A DNA stretch of 35,475 bases. Origin: Fonticula alba ATCC 38817 (Eukaryota; Protista; Nucleariida). The notes under the pieces are model-generated. The model was not told the origin of the DNA. It worked only from the letters and a program-made list of their open reading frames with translations, and did no database searches. This document shows, piece by piece, positions 1 to 11,289 of the stretch (position 1 is the first letter of the stretch; every line of letters starts with the position of its first letter). The position numbers and the translations under genes were made by a program. The stretch is from the NCBI GenBank assembly GCA_000388065.2, contig KB932211.1; one strand, 5' to 3'.

Positions 1-117
1 GGGGGGGGGGGGGGGACCCGGCGAGCGAGAAGACGCCCACGAGTGCAGATCGCACACCGCTCGGAGAGGCATCAAACACACAAGCCAGACAAAGGCCTCC
101 CCATCCAACAACCCGTT

Positions 118-424
118 CGTTGGCTGCTGGGTTGAAACGCAGCGGTGTGATCCCTGGGTAGAATCGGGCAACGCATGGATGAACGGTAATGTGTATATCT
201 CTGGGTACAGAGGGAATATACAATAGGCAGCGATGCAGGCGCATCGGTGGACAGAGCAGGGGCCGCAGCCTTATATACCTAGGCTGCGGCACTCATACAA
301 GCATTGGTAGTGGTGGGGTCACGTGTCGTGTCACGAGCGGGGCATTTCATGGGTTTAGATTATCGGATGATATAATTCACCTTTTCTTAACACAAAAGGA
401 CTTTCGCTAGGACACACGCATGAT
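118..424. promoter_or_regulatory. Conserved upstream motif, copy 1 (split by the 133-349 insertion)
   Basis: CGTTGGCTG at 118-126, then ATTATCGGATGATATAATTCACCTTTT...CACGCATGAT at 359-424, matching 3784-3872. A regulatory role is inferred, not shown. Confidence 0.4.
133..349. mobile_element. 217-bp solo-LTR-like insertion
   Basis: Starts TGAAA (133-137) and ends TTTCA (345-349), giving TG...CA ends with a 5-bp inverted repeat. Flanked by the direct repeat TGGGT at 128-132 and 350-354. More AT-rich than its flanks. Removing it restores the 10-nt spacing of the motif seen at 3784 and 14346. Confidence 0.75.
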
Positions 425-1573
425 ATCAGTCCGGCAGGCTCACCTTTTACGCATACCATTCTGCAATCCGCGGCAGGGAAGGATCGCGTGCCTGTTTCGT
501 GTGTCCCCGCGAGAGACCACAATGCCCCCTGGATTTCCGCTGTTCAGCGTGTGTCTCGATCGTGCGCGCACGCGCGTGCGCGGCCCCCCATAGCCCGATT
601 GCTNNNNNNNNNNNNNNNNNNNNNNNNNNNNNNNNNNNNNNNNNNNNNNNNNNNNNNNNNNNNNNNNNNNNNNNNNNNNNNNNNNNNNNNNNNNNNNNNN
701 NNNNNNNNNNNNNNNNNNNNNNNNNNNNNNNNNNNNNNNNNNNNNNNNNNNNNNNNNNNNNNNNNNNNNNNNNNNNNNNNNNNNNNNNNNNNNNNNNNNN
801 NNNNNNNNNNNNNNNNNNNNNNNNNNNNNNNNNNNNNNNNNNNNNNNNNNNNNNNNNNNNNNNNNNNNNNNNNNNNNNNNNNNNNNNNNNNNNNNNNNNN
901 NNNNNNNNNNNNNNNNNNNNNNNNNNNNNNNNNNNNNNNNNNNNNNNNNNNNNNNNNNNNNNNNNNNNNNNNNNNNNNNNNNNNNNNNNNNNNNNNNNNN
1001 NNNNNNNNNNNNNNNNNNNNNNNNNNNNNNNNNNNNNNNNNNNNNNNNNNNNNNNNNNNNNNNNNNNNNNNNNNNNNNNNNNNNNNNNNNNNNNNNNNNN
1101 NNNNNNNNNNNNNNNNNNNNNNNNNNNNNNNNNNNNNNNNNNNNNNNNNNNNNNNNNNNNNNNNNNNNNNNNNNNNNNNNNNNNNNNNNNNNNNNNNNNN
1201 NNNNNNNNNNNNNNNNNNNNNNNNNNNNNNNNNNNNNNNNNNNNNNNNNNNNNNNNNNNNNNNNNNNNNNNNNNNNNNNNNNNNNNNNNNNNNNNNNNNN
1301 NNNNNNNNNNNNNNNNNNNNNNNNNNNNNNNNNNNNNNNNNNNNNNNNNNNNNNNNNNNNNNNNNNNNNNNNNNNNNNNNNNNNNNNNNNNNNNNNNNNN
1401 NNNNNNNNNNNNNNNNNNNNNNNNNNNNNNNNNNNNNNNNNNNNNNNNNNNNNNNNNNNNNNNNNNNNNNNNNNNNNNNNNNNNNNNNNNNNNNNNNNNN
1501 NNNNNNNNNNNNNNNNNNNNNNNNNNNNNNNNNNNNNNNNNNNNNNNNNNNNNNNNNNNNNNNNNNNNNNNNN

Positions 1574-3472
1574 CACCTGGTGCAGCACCGGCCGCGGGTA
1601 CTTCCCCTCCACCGCCGCCAGCAGGTCGGCCAGCTTCTCCTCCGGCACGTACATCCCCCCCGGCCCGGCCCCGGCCTCCGGGCCCAGCGCCAGGAAGAAG
1701 TACTCCGGCGCATACCGGTACAGCATGCCGAACAGCACATCCGGCTGCTGGCCCATCTCCGCGGCCAGCTCCCGCACCGTGAAGCGCATCCGCCGGCCGG
1801 ACGGGTGCACCTGCTTCGCCAGCAGCCGCAGCCGCCGAATGTCCTCATCCGCCAGGGCGTACTTCCGGAATGACCGTCGCGAATCCCAAAAGCCCTCGGG
1901 CCATCCGAAGGAGGACATCGCATCCAACAAAGCGCTCTGGGGCACGCCCAAGTATTCACCTATTTCCATCTCTGCCAGCATGGGCCGCAGTCCGGCCAGA
2001 CCTCGGATCTCGGCTTCCAGGTTCCGACTCAGCCCCGGCGCCAGCAGCTGCACATTCGTCCCCGGGCCGGACCCATGCGCCTGCGGGTCGAAGTATGAAA
2101 CCCGACGATGCGCCGATGACCCGGCCGGCGCATGGCTCTCCTCGCCCGCCGGCGACCCTTCACCCGGGGGGGCCTGGTGCACCGGCGAAGTGGCCGGCAA
2201 GAAGCGCCGCGTGTACTCCCCCAGCGTCAGCCGGCCCAAACCCTCCGGCCGGGTAAGTTGCCGCACGGGGCGCTCTTCGGAATGGGGTAATACCACCCCC
2301 GGCTCATAGTGCCGGATGTACCAGCGGAGCCGATCGGCCGGTATCGCCAACTGCTTGGCCATGTCCCGGAGACTGTGCCGGCGCTCTTGCAACAGCCCTC
2401 GCATCTGGGCCACCTTCTCCGCCGGCAGCTCCCCCCGCAGGTGGACCATGTACTCCGGGCATAGGCCCGGTCCGTGCAGGCTGATCGTTTGAAAATTCAG
2501 GCCGGTCGATTTGTGGATCGCCCACAGCGAGGGCACCGGCACCTTCTGCAGCCCTGCCACCAATGCCCCTCGCAGGGCTTCCATCTCTGTGGCTGGCAAA
2601 TGCGGCACCATCACATCTCCATGCTCCCGGAAGTGCTTGTCGATGACCCTAGACAAGGAGGATATATCGCCCGAAAGGAGCAAGGCCATTGCCCCCCTCG
2701 ACAGGGGGGGATCCACGGTCAGCAAGTGCCCCAGCCGGCCGAGGCAGATGCGCCGTTCCCACACTGGCGTGGCCAAGATCTCCGGCACATGCTCCTCCAG
2801 CAGTTCTTCCACCTGCTTCGGCGGCAGGCGCACCAGTCGCGGCAGCACCGGCGCCAGCACCGGCGGATCCCGCCGGACCAGGTCCATCAGATCCTCGAAG
2901 ACCACATGCCCCGGGCCCACCCCGGCCAGGGGAACTTTCATCGATCGCCGGGCCGGCGCAATGCCAAACTCCCAGCCATAATGCCCCAGCAGACTCTGCA
3001 CCGATGCCCGGTCCATCCCCAGCAACTGGCCCATCGGGCCCAACGTCGCCAGGGGCCGACTTGCCCGGGGGTCCCCGGCAAGCCGCAGGAACAGCCGGAA
3101 GTGCGCCACATCGTCGAACCCCCGCGGCAGGGGCTCCTCCCCGGCCTCGATGGCCCGGCAGAGCCGCGCCCCGGCGCACTCGGCGTCGTAATTCGCACAC
3201 CCGGCGGACGTGGCCACTTTGGTGCTCGTGCTTTCGGCGGCCGAGGAGAATGCCCGCATATGGACCAGCGACATGCCCCCGGGAGCCATGATGATGGCCG
3301 GGCACGCTGTCGCATGTATGCCCCCGTTGGTGGCCAGGGGGGGAACCTGGCCCCGAGCGGCCGGTGTATGGCCCCCGGCCAGAGACCAGCCCCGCCGGGC
3401 CGCCACCGCCGCCATCAATGCCGGCGAGCCCCATGCACGCAGGGCTCGCACGGCCGTCCCTGAAGCCAACAT
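1574..3472 (-). CDS. Hypothetical protein with presequence-like N-terminus and multiple HTH-like motifs (3' end lost in N gap)
   Basis: Open from ATG 3472 (MLASGTAVRALRAW...) for 633 codons to the gap, with globular-protein-like composition unlike the overlapping frames. The in-frame region upstream of 3472 crosses an (AG)n microsatellite, so 3472 is preferred over 3748. CAG|GTG at the gap edge may be a splice donor. Confidence 0.8.
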
Positions 3473-3526
3473 CTGATGAGACGGGTCGAGGGAGAAGGCG
3501 AGAAGAGGAGAAAGGCGCGTGAACAC

Positions 3527-3530
<4 letters not shown>

Positions 3531-3560
<30 letters not shown>
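3531..3560. repeat. (AG)15 microsatellite
   Basis: Directly visible. Confidence 0.95.
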
Positions 3561-3563
<3 letters not shown>

Positions 3564-3769
3564 GGGGGAGGGGGGAAACAGAGGTTGCCATGTGCCCCAA
3601 AAGCGGCCCCCCGCGCATGCGCCCCCACGCCCACAAATAGATCCCCACACACAGCCCCTCCAAAGAGCAGCCCGGAGGGGGCCCCGGCCCCAGCGAGGGG
3701 GACATTCGAGAGAAGGTCGCACGCCACTCCACAGGACACCGCAAACACAAACCCAAGGAAGGCCTCCCA

Positions 3770-4810
3770 TCCAGCAGCCCGTCCGTTGGCTGTCTGCCTC
3801 GCATTATCAGATGATATAGTTTCACATTTTTCCTTTGAAGAAAGACATGATTTGCTTAGGGCCCACGCATGATGGGTTACATCCGCCGCTTAACTCAAAT
3901 CATCCCGCCTTGCAATTCACCAAGACGGGAGGCATGGTGCTGTGCGCCCCCCCGCCAACCCGGCGCCGCCCTTCCCCGCGCCCCCTCGTCGCAGAAAGGC
4001 GGCCCTCCTTCGGCCTCCACCATGGCCGGCTGTCTGAGATGGCGAATGGCCCCCCCCCCTCCACCCTTTGCGCCGGGACAACCGCATGCTCTCGTGCATG
4101 CAGCCTGTCTTCTTCGCCGCCGCTCTCTCGCTCGCCCCCAGCTCCTGCACTGGCCTCCTGCTGCTCCCCCGGTCAGCGGCGCGCACCACGCACCTCGTGG
4201 GCCCGGCAGTGCGGCGCGGCATGGCGGATGCTGGCCGTGAGTGCCGCCCCCCGCTCGCCTGGCCCCGCGCGGCCGACTGTCGGCCCCTCCGACAAGCGAA
4301 GGCGCCGCATCGGCCTTCGCCGCAGGACAATTCACCCTCCGCCGGCTCACGGCCACCAGAACCCATAACCTTTTTCTCGCCCTCCCCCAGCGCGGAGCAG
4401 CCTCTCCCGGGCGCCGAGAAGCGCCCCCTCTGTCTTTGGCAATTCCGGCAGGAGCCCTGCTTGCCCCCGCACAGTGCGTGTGTGCCAAGTGTGCCCGATC
4501 ATGGGGCTTCTCTATTTGTCCGCCCTCCAGACGGTCGCCGCACGCAGCATCGGCCATGGACACGATGGCGTGCGTCTACAAGTTCCCTTCTCGCCGCCAG
4601 CGAGTCCACCACATCGCGCGGGACCTTGTGCCCTGGCCGGGCGGATGGACATGGCCGGCACAGAGCCGATGCCTCGCCGCCTGCTTGCCCAATTCACCCG
4701 GCGCCGGGAACTCGCACATGTGCCGCGCACCATAGCCCCATCCCCCCTAAACGGACCCCCTCGCCACCATCGACCCATGTATGTGCGCGAGGGGAAGGCC
4801 CACAGCTGCA
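3770..4810 (+). repeat. Diverged duplicated block, copy A (partner about 14330-15260)
   Basis: Shared collinear anchors: CGTTGGCTG motif, GCATCGGCCTTCGC, CACGGCCACC, a pyrimidine tract plus CCCAG, GCCCCCTCT..TTGGCAAT, CGGCCATGGAC, and ATGTGCGCG...CCCACAGC. Boundaries are approximate. Confidence 0.65.
3784..3872. promoter_or_regulatory. Conserved upstream motif, copy 2
   Basis: CGTTGGCTG-N10-ATTATCAGATGATATAGTTTCACATTTTTCCTTTGAAGAAAGAC. An AT-rich island about 310 bp upstream of the ATG at 3472. Confidence 0.45.
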
Positions 4811-5974
4811 CCCATACCAGGGTGGGGGGCGGGAGTGGGCCTGCGCGCATGCCACCACCGAGCGAGATGCCGACCAGCGGCCAGAGGGCAAAGGGGAGAG
4901 CCACAGCCGGCAAGACCCCCGACACCAGGCATGGGACGCTCGCCAGCGCACAGCCACGCGCCAACGGCACCTTGGACGTCGGGGATGCGCCTTGGATCGC
5001 GGACGACACGCATAGCGCCATTCCGCCCCTCCCTCCGGCCGCAGCCGTCTCACGCGACGCACCCGCACATGGTGCGACCTCCTCCTCCGTCCACCCGCCG
5101 GGCGGATGCCAAAATGCACGCAGGCACCCATGGTGCGGCCACACACACGCACAGCTGCCCGGAGGCCCCCCTCCCGGACATGGGCCGGGGGCGCGCCAAA
5201 GTCAGCGGCATGTCGCTCGGGCCGAGCAACCGGTCCCGGCGGCCCACCGCGCCGAGGACATGCCAATCGCAGGCTGGCATCGGGCTCGGCCGTCACACGC
5301 ACGCACGCGCTTGGACTAGCGGCGGGCGGCAAAAGGAAACCCATGTCGCGGGGGCTGGCGCACACGCCCATCCACAAACCGGAGCGCAGCTCGCCTCCAC
5401 ACGCCCCAAGCCAGGAGTGGCCGTGTCCGGCCCATGGACGCCAGAAAACCGACGGAACACAAGTCCACGCAAGCTCGCAGGAGGACCGCCGACCGAGCGA
5501 AGTAAGTGGGCACCGCCACATGCACAGAGGCAGGGCATAACCGACAGCCCCCTGCGAAGGGCCCCCAACGCCTGGCCCCGGTCAGGGGGGGCGGGGGGGG
5601 GAGGCGCGGGGGCGGGCCAAGGCCAACCGGGGCCCGCTCAGGCGTGTCTGCGCGGTAAGGAGCAAGCACCAGCACTATAACTCCAGAGTAAGGGGGGCGG
5701 GGGGGGAATGTCCACAGGGGCAGGAATGACACGGGCTAGGGTGGTCGCAAAGTGCCTCTGGTACCATGATCCACGTCGGCACTCACCACGTTCGGCACCC
5801 GGCCGGGGGCGCGCCGACAAGCACTCGCACATGGACCCCCCCCCACCCCCGCACCCCCACACATCATGCGCCTTGCGGTCCGCCTCGCCGGCCGAGTGGC
5901 ATTCAATTGTTCAAAAGCACCGGTCGCATCCGGGCACACCCACACAGACACGCATGACACTGCCCGGGGCCAGA

Positions 5975-6247
5975 TGCCGGCCATCCTCGCATATGGCCGA
6001 CAACCGCCGAGCCAGGGCGAAGGGCGCTTCCGGTCGGCCAGCCGCGCCGAGCCAGCCGCGCCCGGGTCAGAGCGAGCCGCTCGCTTCCTCGCACTCGCGG
6101 GCCCGGCGCTCCGTGGAGCATACGCGCCCGGGCCGGCCGCAGGGGCCCGACTCCACAACAGAAAGGGGCGGTCCGCCGGTGCCGGCCGCGGCCGGTCGCG
6201 CGCCTCGCCCGATGCCACGCGCCACGCGGATGAGGCCCGGCGCCGGG
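5975..6247 (+). repeat. GC-rich dispersed repeat, copy 1 (partner 35176-35475)
   Basis: Near-identical direct copy from TGCCGGCCATCCTCGCATATGGCCGACAACC to GATGAGGCCCGGCGCCGGG. Confidence 0.92.
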
Positions 6248-7920
6248 AAGGGACGCGGCTCCGGTCGCCGACATGCCCGGGGGGGGGGGGGGGGGGGCAC
6301 GCACGCCTCGAAGCCCGCCCGGCTGCGGCCGACACCAGCGCAACAGCGCCCAGCCTGGCCACCACGCCAGCGTCCCCGGCAGCTGCCGCCCGTGCAAGGG
6401 CCTCGCGCCACGGTCACACCCAAGGGGAGGAGGACGATGGCGAGGCCGCCGGTGTGCACCCTGCGCCGGCCCCCTACCGGGCAGAGGGACACCCCGACGC
6501 CGGCGCCCGCAAGGGCCACTCCCAAGCCCGGAACGATGGGGCATGTGTGCTTCACGCCGCAAGCACACCGCCCGGACCCGAGAGCCCCAGGACCACCACC
6601 TGCATGGGCCCCGGCGGGCGCGGTCACGGCCACCGGCCCCGAGCCAGGCGCTCCGGGCCGGCCCACGCAAGGCGGGGGGGGGGTCTCCCTTTCCCGAGTG
6701 TCCCGGGAGAAGCACCTCCCGGCGGTTGTGGGTTCCCTCAGCACGTGCGGCACGAGTGAACAGGCGGCCAAGACCCCGGCTGCGCGGGCCGGCCCACCCG
6801 GGGCAGGGCCTTCTTGACTGATTGTCACCAGCGCCCTGGGGTCCGACCATATGGGTCCATCATGTCCCGGGGGTTGTGGGGGTTTGCGTGCTTCAGCATA
6901 TAGGGGAGCGATCCCAAGGAGGGGAGCATGGAAGGGGCAAGAAAGGGGGCTTGATTGACGCGGCGGCGCGCCCCGCCCCAGCAGGACACCCCCACATGCG
7001 GTCCGAGGGGCGTGTGCGTGCGGCGGTCATCGCCCGCCCGGGACCCTCCCGGAAGTTCCTGCTCTCCGCCCCGGTCCCTCTCGCTCCGAGGGCCAAGCCG
7101 TGCACGTGCGGACCCTCTCGCCACGAGGCCTTCCCCCCGGCAAGCCAGCTCGGCTGTGTCCTCCCCTCCCACCACCGAAGCAAGGGAGCCCAGCTTGCCT
7201 TCCCCAGCAGCCCCCCTCCCCGCCTGCTGAGGGCAGCAACGTGCCGAGCACTGTTCCTGCCCGGTGCTCGAGCCCTCTCCGGGGACCGCGACCGCATGGC
7301 AGTGCCGGCGTGCACGCGCGCAGTTGCCTCCCGGATGCCTGGCGTGCGCCCCGCTTACTGGAGGCACGCCAGCCCCCGCCCTCCGTCCCCCCGTCCCCCC
7401 GACATGCTGCTGTTGCCCCCTCCTGGGGGTACCACAGCCCCCTTTGTGCTCTCGGCCTTGCGCGAAAGCACCCGCCACCCTCCTGGTACATGTGCACACG
7501 GACTGGCCGCGCGCGCAAAAAAAGAAAAAAAAAGAAGAAGAAGACATGATGTGGCTCGCCCCATGCCACACCCCGGGGACCTTCCGTCGACCGAGCACCA
7601 CGCGCAAACGGCGCGCCACACCATAAACTCCCCGGGAGGCAAAAGGGAAAACCCAACAAACATAGTATTGTTCGAGGAAAGGCACATGCAGCGGGAGGGG
7701 AGAAAAGAAGACCGGGAGCCTACGACAAAGGGCGGAGGAGGGTAGGGAAAAAAGCGACCAGCCCCGGGGCAAACACGCCCCCTCTCAGGACGGGCCCAGT
7801 CGGAATGGGGAGGGGGGGGGGGCAGGCCAAAGGAAGACGAAAAGGGGCGGCTAGCAAAGAGGCAGCCCCCAGGCAGGCGGCCAATCACGCACGCCCTCCC
7901 CGCCCCTCTTCTTGCCCCAA

Positions 7921-10900
7921 TTACAGCGAGGTCTGGCGCAGCACATCCAACAGGGCATTCGCCACCTCCGACTGGGTCAGAGGCAGTTGGCCCTCGCGCC
8001 GCGGCGGCGATTGGCTATGGGGGAATGCATGCCGCCCCGCACTCGAGGCGCATGCCTGCATGAGGAGCGACAGCTGGCGCCCAGAAAGCACCGAATACAG
8101 GTCCAGCCAAGAGCACAGGGCTGCCAGCTTCAGGGAAAAGGCGGTCAGCTGCGTCGGCGAAGGGAGGCCCCCCTCGGCCCGGGCATGCTCGACATCCCCC
8201 AGAGCCCTGTGAACCATGACCCCGAGACAATGCAAAATCACATTGCCAGCGGCCTCCTGGAGTTTGCACGAGGCCAGGCAGGGAGATTCGCCCAAGATGG
8301 CCAGGGCATGCCTCCGGACAGGTCCCGGCAATTCCAGATTCTGCACGATGCGCGACCGGGCTCGATGGTCCGAGGAGCAGAGATCGATCATTTCACACAG
8401 CAGCCTCTTGTCAAAATTCGCGGACACGTCCCGGGCCCACTTGGTGGACAGGAGAACCCCCGCAAGCAGCAGCCGGTCCAGCCCGCCGGCCCGCTCGGTC
8501 TTCAGGATCGAGTCCACCATCTGCAGGACAGCATCCAGCTCCCCCTCCAGGTGCTTGCCCAGGTGGTAGCTCTTGGTTTCCACTTCGTGAGCATTGCCCT
8601 GGCATGCCTTTGCCACGGAGGCCGCGGGCCATTGATGCTCGTCCATCCGGCAAAGCTTGCTCCCATTGTACACCCCCTCCGGGCCGCGTGACAGCAGGAA
8701 GTAAAGAAGCAGGCGCGCCTGGCGAGTCCAGTCCCAGACCGTGCCGCCGCCCTTCAGGATGTCATACTGCGGCAGGGGCGGCATGCTGGTTTCCTGCTTG
8801 CCCCCCAGCGAATTGAGGCTCCTCCTGAAGATGGGCAGCATGGCCGGGCTCTGCTTGGGGGTCTCCCGGGGGAAGGCCATGTAAAAGGCCTGCACAAAGA
8901 GCCGCAAATGGGGAAACCCCTGGAGCAGTGGCTGCACCAGGTACGGCGCATGGATGCACTGGCAGCGAGCCGATGGCGCGGGCCCCGGGCCGGCCGCCGA
9001 ATCCGGCCCCTCCTCCGGGCGTGCCACGGCATTGGCTCGCCACCGCATGTGGCATGCTTTCGGTGGATGCTGGCCCTGGGGCAGGGCCTGGCCCTGGTCC
9101 GGGAGCCGACCAGACCCCGTCTTCGACCGTGTGCCGTGGTCCCTCGGCTTGGTGGCCCAATGCCGAGTGACAGGTGGCGGCGCCTCGTCGGACATGATGC
9201 ACCACGGGGCATCCCCATCCACCGGGCACTTCCGCAGATACTCCTCCAGGGCGTTCAGATAATTCTTCTGCGCATAGGTGCCCATCTGGTGGACCCCCAC
9301 ATTGTAGAGCCCCAGGCACAGGAGGATGCCATTTCGGTTGGCACTGAAGGGCACATCCGGGCCCAGCCGCGAGTGCATCGAGTCCCGAAGGAGCATCAGC
9401 ACCCCGGGGCCATTGCACTGATGCAGCCGATTCGAGAGCCTGTCCATGTGGCTCCGGTTGCGCATCAACACCTGGAACACGCTCGGATCCAGCTTGCCAC
9501 CCGACTGGACGGGCTTGTGCATGAAGCCCATCAGGTGCGTCGGGTTCGGCAGATGCTTCAAAATGAAGCGCAGATTTTCAATCGACAGGCGGTACGGCCG
9601 CATCCTCTCCCGCCAATTGGTGTCGAAGTCCTTGCCCTCCTCGGTCCAGGGATCAAACAGCGCGGGAAAGCAGCGGGCCGCCTGCTCGAAGTGCAACCGC
9701 ACCTGGTGGTCATCCTCCAAGAAGAGCCCCTTCACCAGGTCCCACACCCGGCCATCCGGCGGACCGAAGTCGCAGCCCAAAATCAACGGCAGCCAGGCCA
9801 GCTGATTGGGATCTGCCCATGTTTGCCCGGGGCCATCCAGCCGGCCACAGACGGGAGCAATGGCCGAGCCAGGGCCAAAGAGTGGGGGGGAGGGGGCGGG
9901 GAGGGGCGGGGGGGGTTAGCGAAGCCGCACCAGGGCATGAGAGAAGGCCCAGCGCGGCGTCCTGCGTCTGCGGCCACCACCAACGAGGGCGCCAACCTCG
10001 AAAGGGCCCCCGGCCCATGCAGGAGCACGTGCGCCAAGGTGCCGCGCCTCCACGCAGGCGCCTGCAGTCTACCAATGGAAGGGGGCGGCGGCGGCGGGAA
10101 ATCAACCCCCCAGCACATGCTCATGGACGCACACTTCACCTCGAGGTGGTTCTTGAGCCTGGTCCGGAGGAGTGTCTTGTTGGACCAGCCCGTCGGGTCG
10201 TCGGGATCCCTTTCGAATGTCGCCTTCCCATGGGCCTCCTTCAGCTGGAATTGCTGCTGGAACAGGTAAAAGACATTCATCTGCCCATACCCGGATACGG
10301 CGAAGTCCAAGTCCGGGCTGGGGCTCTGTCAGCAGGAGGGCACACTGCGCCAAAGGCCAGCCGGGCAGAGCATGCCCGCGACACAACCACCGAGGGAGAA
10401 GCACGTCGGCGCACCTGAGAACCGGGACCTTAAAGTGAAGGCTGAGCAGGGACAGCACCTCGTCCGCCTCCGAAAGCGACCCAATGTAAGCCAGCCGCTG
10501 AGGCTGCTCCCGGGCCAAGGCCGCCAGATGCACCTGCGCCAGGGCCCATACATTGATGAAGTCCACGCATTGACTCAGGGGCCCGGGCCGGGGGTAGTAA
10601 AGTGCCGGGGAGTCTGTCGGACGCGCCAGCGCCTGTCGAATGCCGCACAGCTCATCGCACCCCCCGGTGCTGGAGCAGTCCGCATTGTGCCTCGGCATCC
10701 GGCGCGTGGGGCACAGTGCGCCCGAGCAGCAGAAGGGCACGCATCGGTCCGAGTGAATTTGCCCCCTAAAGTGGTCGGCCGCCGTGAAGCCCCCATCCTC
10801 GCCGCCGTCCTGCCACTTCTGCAGGTAGTCCGCAAGGCGCGCCTGCAGACGCCGGTTTGAGTTCTCCTTGCGTTCTTTCGCGGTGACTTCCTTGACGGAG

Positions 10901-11253
10901 GGCTTCAGACCGTCCATCACGAACACCGGGTACCACTGTGCGTCCGAGTGGTGGGTGCATTTTTCGCGCGGGCAGATGCAAGTGCAGGCGCGTGGGCCAC
11001 GGCCAGGCCGACCAGTCGGGAGTCCGCCGGGGGCGGTGACATCGTCCGAGCAAAGGGGGGGGGGGGGGGGAGACACCCACGCGTGTCGGAAGGGAGATGT
11101 CAATGCGGCCGTATCCAAGCAGCCGAGGTGGGCTCCCAGCCCCGGCACCCCACCGGCACTCGCGCGCGCCCTGCCCCCCCCCCCCCCCCCCCGCGCCCCC
11201 CGCCGGGCCCACCCCCCGGCCCCCCCCCGGCGCCCCCCGCGCCCGGACCCGCC

Positions 11254-11289
<36 letters not shown>

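Noticed and set aside
262-290. Helitron 3' hairpin
   Set aside because: No CTRR terminus at the expected distance on either strand. The TG..CA ends and TSD fit an LTR-like insertion better.
440-1573. 1102-aa length for gene 1 given by the ORF track
   Set aside because: Inflated by the 970-N gap and by upstream microsatellite sequence. The true C-terminus is unknown.
4068-7888. Overlapping ORFs between genes 1 and 2
   Set aside because: Same GC artefact. They coincide with repeats and the probable 3' UTR of the nuclease gene.
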